Assembly (NCBI RefSeq): GCF_000172995.2
Contig: NC_014729.1
Span: 570,001-602,000, forward strand
Reading direction: 5' to 3'
Origin: Halogeometricum borinquense DSM 11551
GTDB lineage: Archaea > Halobacteriota > Halobacteria > Halobacteriales > Haloferacaceae
Length of the DNA: 32,000 bases
Shown: positions 25,481 through 32,000 of the stretch, in pieces
Position numbering within the stretch: position 1 is the first letter of the stretch
Layout of the letters: the number at the start of each line of letters is the position of its first letter
Program-made: the position numbers and the translations under genes
The notes under the pieces: generated by a model
Seen by the model: only the letters and a program-made list of their open reading frames with translations
What the model was told of the DNA's origin: nothing
Database searches by the model: none

Positions 25481-25484
25481 GACC

Positions 25485-26069
25485 TCACGACCGCGTTCCG
25501 ATGACGGCGTAGTGGTACGGCGGTACGTCTCGTTGTTCGACCGACCCGAACACCTTCCTCAGAACGTCACGTGTCTCCTCGGCTGCCATTCGAAGTGACT
25601 CGGGTGGGCCTCGCGGTTCGTTGGCGACGGTGGTCTCAGATTTGGGCATGTCGTGCCAGTTTACGACGACGAACTGGCCGTCCGGTCGGAGCAATTCACG
25701 CGCCTGTCGTGCGAACTCGACCTGTTTTTCGACTCCGTGGAACGTGTTTGCGACCAAGACGGTATCTACAGGTTCGGGCAGTAGCTCCGGGAGATTCCGG
25801 GCATCGCCATGGATGCAGTCGATGTTCTGACACTGTCGCTCGGCGGCGGCTTCCGCGAGTTCCCCAAGGAGTTCGTCGTTGATGTCGATAGCGTACACCG
25901 GCTCGCCGTCTACCAGTTCGGCGAGCGGGAGTGTGAAATACCCGTTCCCAGATCCGACATCCGCGACGGACTGCCCCGAGTCGATGCCGACCGTCTTGAG
26001 CACCGCTTTCGGTTCGGGCCAAAGCGCCTCCCACCAGTCCCAATCCGGTTGTCGCGTGTTCTGAAACAC
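25485..26069 (-). CDS. class I SAM-dependent methyltransferase
   Basis: Motif I is VADVGSGNGYFTLPLA, followed by YAIDIN and then VLVANTFHG.. Its start lies 47 nt downstream of the cofG stop on the same strand. Confidence 0.85.
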   Translation of the reverse strand: MFQNTRQPDWDWWEALWPEPKAVLKTVGIDSGQSVADVGSGNGYFTLPLAELVDGEPVYAIDINDELLGELAEAAAERQCQNIDCIHGDARNLPELLPEPVDTVLVANTFHGVEKQVEFARQARELLRPDGQFVVVNWHDMPKSETTVANEPRGPPESLRMAAEETRDVLRKVFGSVEQRDVPPYHYAVIGTRS

Positions 26070-26116
26070 GCTCGAAATTCGTCGAACCGCGCCATAATTT
26101 GCTCGGTGCTGTGCAC

Positions 26117-27274
26117 TCAGTCCGCCGATCCGACCGTGAGTGGTCCGTCACGTCTGGCGACGCCACGGTAGCGTTTGCCGTGAACGTTGTCGGCGTCGAT
26201 CGCCGCACGGACGCGGTCTGAAAGCCACTCGCGGTCGGTCTCTACGCCGTCGAAGTCGTCGCGGCGGTAGCGTTCGGGAAGGTACCGTTCGTACACCGGG
26301 AGTCGTTCGTACAGCGGGACGTCACCTTTGTCGGCAATGTCGCGGAGTTCTTGCAGCGCGGGCCACTTGTAGTCGGGATTAACGTAGTCGTCGGTGACGG
26401 GTGAGACGCCGCCTAAGTCGTCCACGCCGCAGTCGAGCAGTTCTCGCGTCGGTGAGAGATTGGGAGGCACCTGTACGGACACCTCGTCGGGAAGAGCGAC
26501 GCGAGCCATGGCGACGGCGCGCCGCATGGTCTCGACTGACGGCTGGTCGAAACTCGACCGCTCGTTCGGGACGACGTTCTGGATGATGACCTCTTGGATG
26601 TGGTCGTAACGCTCGTGCAGTTCGCGGATTGCGAGCAGACTCTCTGCACGGTCGCGCCACGTTTCGCCGATGCCGATCAACAGGCCGGTCGTGAACGGGA
26701 CGCCGACCTTGCCCGCCGCGCGGATGGTGTTGAGCCGCTGCCCCGGCGTTTTCCGTCGGCCGCCCGAGTGCGCTCGCACGTCGGCTGTCGTCTCCAGCAT
26801 GACGCCCATCGATGCGTTAACGGGTGCGAGACGTTCGAACGCCGATTCGGTCAAATCGCCGGGGTTCGAGTGTGCGAGCAGACCTTCTTCCATCGCCATC
26901 TCACAGCAATCCCGGAGATACGCGAGGATGTCGTCGTATCCCCACTCCGATAACTGCTCGTGTATCGCCGTGTAGCGGTCGTCCGGTTCGTCACCGAAAG
27001 TGAACAACGCTTCCGTACACCCGGCGTCAGCACCGACGCGAAGCGTCTCGCGTACGTCCTCGGGCGACATGAGCGTCGCCTCACCCGGCACATCGTAGTA
27101 CGTGCAGTAGGTGCAGGTGTACCGGCAGGCGGTCGTCAGCGGGAGGAAGACGTTTCGAGAGAACGTGAGTTCCGACGCCGGGCTCACGTCGTCAGGTGTG
27201 ACCGCGAGCAGTCGCTCGACGGCATCGTCGTCAGGCGTGATGCGAACGTCGTACTCGTCGGCCGCAGGGAACAC
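26117..27274 (-). CDS. cofG: FO synthase subunit 1 (CofG)
   Basis: Radical SAM motif TFSRNVFLPLTTACRYTCTYCTY. The start is uncertain. The frame is open to the GTG at 27353-27355, but the first 27 codons have weak GC3 and abut the tandem array. The GTG at 27272-27274 would give (M)FPAADEYDV... There is no in-frame ATG before the Cys motif. Confidence 0.88.
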   Translation of the reverse strand: MFPAADEYDVRITPDDDAVERLLAVTPDDVSPASELTFSRNVFLPLTTACRYTCTYCTYYDVPGEATLMSPEDVRETLRVGADAGCTEALFTFGDEPDDRYTAIHEQLSEWGYDDILAYLRDCCEMAMEEGLLAHSNPGDLTESAFERLAPVNASMGVMLETTADVRAHSGGRRKTPGQRLNTIRAAGKVGVPFTTGLLIGIGETWRDRAESLLAIRELHERYDHIQEVIIQNVVPNERSSFDQPSVETMRRAVAMARVALPDEVSVQVPPNLSPTRELLDCGVDDLGGVSPVTDDYVNPDYKWPALQELRDIADKGDVPLYERLPVYERYLPERYRRDDFDGVETDREWLSDRVRAAIDADNVHGKRYRGVARRDGPLTVGSAD

Positions 27275-27351
27275 GAGTACCGGGTGCGTCTCGGAAGTAC
27301 AAAAGCGTGTCACTCGCGGGTATTCGTCTTGCTGCCGCTGCCCCCTGTGTT

Positions 27352-27480
27352 CCACTCGTACCGCTCTCCTGCCCCACTCGTACCGCTCTCCTGCCCCACT
27401 CGTACCGCTCTCCTGCCCAACTCACGCGGCTCTCGCACCCCATTCGTACCGCTCTCGTCCCCCACTCGCGCCGCTCTAAG
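27352..27480. repeat. 22-bp head-to-tail tandem array, about 5.9 copies (unit CCACTCGTACCGCTCTCCTGCC)
   Basis: There are three identical copies at 27352-27373, 27374-27395 and 27396-27417. Degenerate copies follow with 14/22, 19/22 and 14/19 matches. There are no spacers. The array lies in the intergenic region between cofC and cofG. Confidence 0.92.
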
Positions 27481-27490
27481 TATAACGAAC

Positions 27491-27513
27491 GTCGCGGGGA
27501 GCATCCCCGCGAC
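27491..27513. other. perfect 9-bp GC-rich hairpin GTCGCGGGG-AGCAT-CCCCGCGAC
   Basis: Read directly from the sequence. It starts 11 nt beyond the tandem array, inside a 270-bp stretch with no convincing ORF. Confidence 0.6.
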
Positions 27514-27753
27514 TGAGACGCCGTTGACGCCGCGTTTTGGGAGCGGGTACGACGTTGTTCGTCGGTGGTGACTACTCACCGAGCCAGAGTCGTTACGCGA
27601 CGCGCGTTTTCGTGCGGTACGGATACCCGGCACACCCAGCGCATCGCGCACCAAACGCGTTGGCTGGTGGTACACATAGATCTACTGGCCAACTATGAGT
27701 ATCGTGACAGTTTATAGTTCCATTAGTCTGTGTGGAACCGACTCGATTGACTC

Positions 27754-28377
27754 TTAGTCACTACGGGTGACGCCGACTCGACCGTCGGTCACCTCGAGTT
27801 CGAAGCCTGCGTCCTCCAACCACGTCCGCGCGTTACCCGCTCCGTGGAGAAGCACCTCAGCGAGGTCCGCAGGTTCGTCCACATCGGTTGCCAACCGCAT
27901 CGAATCGATGACGGTCACCGAAAGTCCGGCATCGTCGGCAATCGCTTGATGGTCTCGGTAGGACGCGCCGTGATAATCGACGCGGAAGTCGGGATGGCGA
28001 ACGACGAGCGCATTCGTCCCGCCGCCGCGTCCGGGTGCGATGACCACCTCGCCCTCGCTCTCGAACAGTCGCCTGAGTGCGTCTGGCGTCACCAGTGCGA
28101 GGTCGGCCATGACGACGCTCACGTCGGATGTCGCATCGTCGAGTACCGCGTTGACAGCGGGCGTGAGCGCCCTATCGTCTCCGATGACCGGCGCGTCAAC
28201 GTCGTCGATGTCGTCGGCGTCCGTCGTCAGAATTGTCGGTGCTCCTCCCGCCGCACGAACGGCGCGGACAACGTCCGTTCGCATCGCCCGTGCGAACGCT
28301 CGGCGCTCGTCTTCGTCAAGTACGCCAGCTAGCCGACTCTTCGGGTCACGGGTCGTGTACGGGATGACGACTTGCAT
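27754..28377 (-). CDS. cofC: 2-phospho-L-lactate (or related) guanylyltransferase CofC
   Basis: [34 protein letters not shown], followed by ..[12 protein letters not shown].., is typical of CofC. Length is 207 aa. Confidence 0.88.
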   Translation of the reverse strand: MQVVIPYTTRDPKSRLAGVLDEDERRAFARAMRTDVVRAVRAAGGAPTILTTDADDIDDVDAPVIGDDRALTPAVNAVLDDATSDVSVVMADLALVTPDALRRLFESEGEVVIAPGRGGGTNALVVRHPDFRVDYHGASYRDHQAIADDAGLSVTVIDSMRLATDVDEPADLAEVLLHGAGNARTWLEDAGFELEVTDGRVGVTRSD

Positions 28378-28401
28378 AAAAAAGCTGGGCGTGCTGGCGA
28401 C

Positions 28402-29187
28402 TTAGCCCAGTTTGTCGTAACCGCTCTGCTGGGAGCGCCAGTAGAAGACACCACCGACCACGACGGCGATGGCGAGAAGGCCACCGGCCGCGTAGATGAG
28501 CATCTGTTGCGTCTGGCTGGACTGCTCGGCCTGCTGTGCCTTCGTCTGCGCTTCGTTCGCCAGTTCCGTCGCGAGTTCGAAGTTACCGTTCTCGAACGCG
28601 CTGACGGCGTTATCGAACGACGCTTGCGCTTCGTCGGAGTTCACTCCCTCGACGGCGGCTTTCGACTCGTCAAGGGCGTCGCGTGCGCTCTGACTTTCCT
28701 CGGTGTAGTGGTGCGTCGTCCACGTCTCGATATCGTTCGAGGAGCCACCTTCACGCGTCTGCTGAAGATGGATAACGTCGAACGTCTGTGCGGGATCGTA
28801 CTTGTACGAGTCAACGCTCGGCGCGGTGCCGGCGACGCGAATCTCGACTTTGCTCGTCCCGTCGTCCGCGGCGACTGTTGCACCGCTGAAGTTCTGCCCG
28901 TCGAACGACTCCTGGTTTATCTTCGCACCAGTCTGGTCGTAGTACGTGACGGTCCACGTCACGTCCGTCAGTTCAGTCGAACCGGCGAGCGTCCACGACT
29001 CCAGTTGCGGGTTTTTGTACAGTTCGTTTAGTGTCACCGATGTGGTGACTTTCGATTCGACCTGCGCGTCGCTAGGCACGTCCTCCTCCCCGACCGAGAC
29101 AGCGGCTACCGGAGCCGCCAAGGCCGTGAGGACGACGAGACAGGCGAGCGCGAGCTTAGAAAAGCGACTCCAACTCGTCTTCGTCAT
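28402..29187 (-). CDS. bitopic (type I-like) membrane protein of unknown function, overlapping the cetZ 3' end
   Basis: The parts in order are an N-terminal signal-like segment (SKLALACLVVLTALAAPVAAVS), a roughly 190-aa T/S/D-rich domain, an A/Q/E-rich helical stretch, a C-terminal TM helix (LIYAAGGLLAIAVVVGGVFYW) and the tail RSQQSGYDKLG. The ATG at 29185-29187 lies 32 nt inside cetZ. Confidence 0.75.
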   Translation of the reverse strand: MTKTSWSRFSKLALACLVVLTALAAPVAAVSVGEEDVPSDAQVESKVTTSVTLNELYKNPQLESWTLAGSTELTDVTWTVTYYDQTGAKINQESFDGQNFSGATVAADDGTSKVEIRVAGTAPSVDSYKYDPAQTFDVIHLQQTREGGSSNDIETWTTHHYTEESQSARDALDESKAAVEGVNSDEAQASFDNAVSAFENGNFELATELANEAQTKAQQAEQSSQTQQMLIYAAGGLLAIAVVVGGVFYWRSQQSGYDKLG

Positions 29188-30337
29188 CGTTGACTAGGTT
29201 CTCCAAATTCTGTTCACTCTCCTGTTGAATCTCGTCGATGTTTTCTTGCGCTTCGATAGCCACTTGCTGAAGCTCCTTGATCCGGGGCACGTTTGTAACT
29301 CCCGAAAGGAGGATGACGGACGCGACCTTTCCGGAGTTCCGAATGGGGTAGTCCCCACCGCGGACTTCCATACTGCCGGTCTGCTCCTCGATCCACTTCC
29401 GGCCGCGCTCTATTCCTTTCCGGTTGAGATGCTCCGGCGGTCCAGCCAGCACGAGCAACGCACGTTCGGTCCCTTCGATCTCACACGGAAGCGTGAGACG
29501 GCCCAGAGCGGCCTTACGGACCAGCGACGTGATGCGGTTGGTCGTGTGGGCAGTGTCTATCTGGTCGTCCTCGTCGCCCCCTGTGATGCGCGAGAGGAGA
29601 CCACCGCTCGAACTCTTCTCTTCGACGGTTTCGGAGGCGTATCCGACTGTGGAAACGCCACCACCGGCGAGCGTGTTGATGATTTCCGAGGAGTCAACAA
29701 CGCTCTCTGCGACTTCGCCCCCCTGTTCGACTTCGCCGGCGCCGAAGAGGACACCAAAGCGAGTGACGATCTCTTCGTTGATCTCGTCGTACCCGCCTTG
29801 GACGGACTCTCCGGTCTTCCGCCAGGCGTCGTTGTCGAACACCATGAGGTTGTCAACCTCTCGGACGAACGTCTGGAACGACCGCGCAGCGTTGAGCGTG
29901 TAGATGCCACCCTCGTCACCGCCCGGCAGGACGCCGAGTCCGTAGACTGGCTCTGTGTAGATTCGCTTCAAGTGTTTCGCTAATACGGGTGCGCCACCGC
30001 TGCCGGTGCCGCCGCCGAGTCCAGAGACAACGAGGAAGGCGTCCACTTCGTGGACGGGGATGCTGTCGATAGCCCCCTGTACTTCGTCGATATCTTCCTC
30101 GGCGATTTCAGCTCCGAGTTCATTGTCGGCACCGACCCCGTGACCTTTCACGCGAGACTGCCCGATCAGGACGCGCTGGTCCTGCGGGATATGCTCAAGG
30201 CCCATCAGGTCGGCCTTCGCCGAGTTGACTGCGACGGCGGCACGGACGATACCAGAACCGTGTCGCTGGTCGTATTCGACGAATTTATCGACTATTTTTC
30301 CCCCGGCCTGCCCGAATCCGATCATTGCGAGTTTCAT
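29156..30337 (-). CDS. cetZ: tubulin/FtsZ-superfamily protein CetZ (CetZ1-like)
   Basis: Has MKLAMIGFGQAGGKIVDKF and the tubulin signature SGLGGGTGSGGAPVLA, and the sequence closely resembles my memory of Haloferax CetZ1. The ATG is at 30335-30337, not the ORF-track start at 30427. Confidence 0.92.
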   Translation of the reverse strand: MKLAMIGFGQAGGKIVDKFVEYDQRHGSGIVRAAVAVNSAKADLMGLEHIPQDQRVLIGQSRVKGHGVGADNELGAEIAEEDIDEVQGAIDSIPVHEVDAFLVVSGLGGGTGSGGAPVLAKHLKRIYTEPVYGLGVLPGGDEGGIYTLNAARSFQTFVREVDNLMVFDNDAWRKTGESVQGGYDEINEEIVTRFGVLFGAGEVEQGGEVAESVVDSSEIINTLAGGGVSTVGYASETVEEKSSSGGLLSRITGGDEDDQIDTAHTTNRITSLVRKAALGRLTLPCEIEGTERALLVLAGPPEHLNRKGIERGRKWIEEQTGSMEVRGGDYPIRNSGKVASVILLSGVTNVPRIKELQQVAIEAQENIDEIQQESEQNLENLVNDDEDELESLF

Positions 30338-30563
30338 CGTTTGTTCGGTCCCCTCGCCATTGAGTATACTCCAACACGAAAGCGAACATAAACCTTGTGA
30401 TGGGGTTATATCTGCGAAATGATACAATAATTCCGTAAATCGACAGACGTAACTCCCCCGTTAACCGTGCATTAGACCACTTCGGATATTTCTCCGAAAA
30501 CTGAATATCTCTTTTTATATAATATTTCGAGGCATTTAACTATGAATATGTGGCAATATTTTC

Positions 30564-31466
30564 CTATTTATCTCTGATGTGGCTGTTGTTGAGGTACGCC
30601 CGCAGCGTGGTCAATTCTCCAGTTCCGTAGCCAAACGCCTCGATATCGTTGTCGTCTGTTACGTTGTCGAACTTCAGTGACCGGTACTGATCGGTACCCA
30701 TCGGGACCCCCGGAATCGCACCGCCGATGGTGAGGCCCACTTTCGCCAGTCCCATCGGAATCGGGACTATCGTCGTCGACCGGCCGTTCGATTTGTGTAT
30801 CATCTTCGCTATCTCTGCGAGGGTGAGTTTGTCCGGACCGCCGATTTCGTATCTCTCTCCGATGTGTGCGTCGTCCTCGATGGCATCCGCCATCATTCCG
30901 ACGACATCATCGACATAGAGCGGTTGGAACCGGGTTTTGCCGCCGCCGGGGAGTGCACTGACGTACGGCGGTGCGAGCAGTTTCGTAAAGGAGACGAACT
31001 CACCACCGTCACCGAAGATGACTGACGGGCGGAAGATTGTCCAGTCGAGAACTGACTCGGTGACGATCTGTTCTGCCTCCCCTTTCGCACGGATGTACGC
31101 CGTCGGTCCGTCCGGGTCTGCACCGAGGGCACTCATCTGAACGAACCGGTCCACCTCGTGTTTCTCGGCCGCCCGCACGACGTTCTCGGTACCGTGTCGG
31201 TGAACTTTGTCGTGCATCTCGTTGCCGCCGCTGGGTTTGAACAACGGCGACAGTGCAACAAGGTTGTAGACGGCGTCCATCCCCTCGAAGGCGTCTTTGA
31301 TGGAGTCGTACACGGTGACGTTCCCCATCGTCTTGTTTACCCCCTTCGGCAACTCGTCGCTACTGGGACTTCGCGAGAGGGCCGTCACTTCGTGGCCCCG
31401 TTCTTTCAGCTCACGGCACAGGTTCGTTCCCACGAAACCGCTTCCGCCGACCACGAGAACTTTCAT
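30564..31466 (-). CDS. NAD(P)H-binding SDR-type protein (complex I NDUFA9-like / NmrA-like)
   Basis: MKVLVVGGSGFVGTNLCREL is a Rossmann motif. Length is 300 aa. The ATG is at 31464-31466. Confidence 0.88.
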   Translation of the reverse strand: MKVLVVGGSGFVGTNLCRELKERGHEVTALSRSPSSDELPKGVNKTMGNVTVYDSIKDAFEGMDAVYNLVALSPLFKPSGGNEMHDKVHRHGTENVVRAAEKHEVDRFVQMSALGADPDGPTAYIRAKGEAEQIVTESVLDWTIFRPSVIFGDGGEFVSFTKLLAPPYVSALPGGGKTRFQPLYVDDVVGMMADAIEDDAHIGERYEIGGPDKLTLAEIAKMIHKSNGRSTTIVPIPMGLAKVGLTIGGAIPGVPMGTDQYRSLKFDNVTDDNDIEAFGYGTGELTTLRAYLNNSHIRDK

Positions 31467-31625
31467 CGTATACACTTGTCGTGGAATCGACGTAAATGTA
31501 CCCCCGTCAGTGGTTCTGTCTCCCGATTTGCGGCCTGATTCGGCGTGCGAGCGACCGACGATTCGGCCAGCGGACGCCGCGCCCGACCCGAGTCGTTTTA
31601 CTCCCCTGCCCGTTCACCTCGAATC

Positions 31626-32000
31626 ATGCTCATCACGCTTGAGGGGTTAGATGGAAGCGGAAAGACCACCGCGTGGGAGGCGTTACACGACGTCTACCCG
31701 GACGCGGTGTTCACGCGCGAACCCACCGAGTCGTGGTACGGTGACGCCGTCTACCGGTCGATGTCCGACGAGGACGCCGATTCCCTCGCGGAACTGTTCT
31801 TGTTCACGGCGGATCACGCCGACCACCTCTCTCGGGTCGTCCGGCCGGCACTTGCGGACGACAAGCTGGTCATCTCCGACCGCTACTCCGACTCCCGGTT
31901 TGCCTATCAGGCGGCGACGCTGGAAGACGCTGACCTCCGCCGCCCGCTGGACTACATTCGTGGCATCCACGCCGCCTTTTCTCGGCCGCCGGATGCAACA
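31626..32000 (+). CDS. tmk: dTMP (thymidylate) kinase, 5' part; continues beyond the window
   Basis: I translated this by hand, as it is not in the ORF track (no stop within the window). It reads [15 protein letters not shown] (P-loop) ..[31 protein letters not shown] (DRY/LID region). Confidence 0.9.
   Translation, partial: MLITLEGLDGSGKTTAWEALHDVYPDAVFTREPTESWYGDAVYRSMSDEDADSLAELFLFTADHADHLSRVVRPALADDKLVISDRYSDSRFAYQAATLEDADLRRPLDYIRGIHAAFSRPPDAT

Noticed and set aside
27352-27480. Possible CRISPR array
   Set aside because: The 22-bp units are contiguous with no spacers, the unit is short and non-palindromic, and there are no cas genes. It is a plain tandem repeat.

Overview
This is haloarchaeal-type chromosomal DNA. 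Core genes are GC-rich (about 63-67% in lines I counted by hand), the deduced proteins are strongly acidic, and several starts sit 24-30 nt after TATA-like boxes (leaderless style). The gene order resembles what I remember of the Haloferax SAMP3-to-cetZ1 region, but that is recollection, not a search. I support about 38 coding regions. In order they are: a three-gene SAMP-type ubiquitin-like operon, an ABC-ATPase remnant and ogt; an AT-richer accessory stretch (about 2.0-7.3 kb) with an O-methyltransferase, a Bat/HTH_10 regulator, a tnpA-less IS200/IS605 (IS1341-type) element with an intact tnpB, and an alpha/beta hydrolase; an orphan RnfC/NuoF-like protein; a MOT1-like transporter, azlCD, aldehyde:ferredoxin oxidoreductase and a TIGR01210/RaSEA-like radical SAM gene; purQ-purS, purU and purC; sir2 plus a GNAT; a 7TM-PAS histidine kinase; a split FO-synthase/F420 cluster (cofH ... 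cofG, cofC); cetZ with an overlapping membrane-protein gene; an NDUFA9-like protein; and the 5' part of tmk, which the ORF track misses because it runs off the window. I found no rRNA, tRNA or CRISPR array. The observations most worth following up are: (1) cetZ is translationally overlapped by a bitopic membrane protein gene; (2) a domain-permuted, Fe-S-less RnfC/NuoF homologue ends in a zinc ribbon; (3) a shared C-terminal P-x-P-x-D-D ending on three unrelated enzymes; (4) a 22-bp tandem array plus a strong hairpin lie between cofC and cofG; (5) a SAMP whose Gly-Gly is followed by three extra residues is coupled to a second small protein that also ends in Gly-Gly. All functional calls rest on motif recognition by eye. 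No database search was run.
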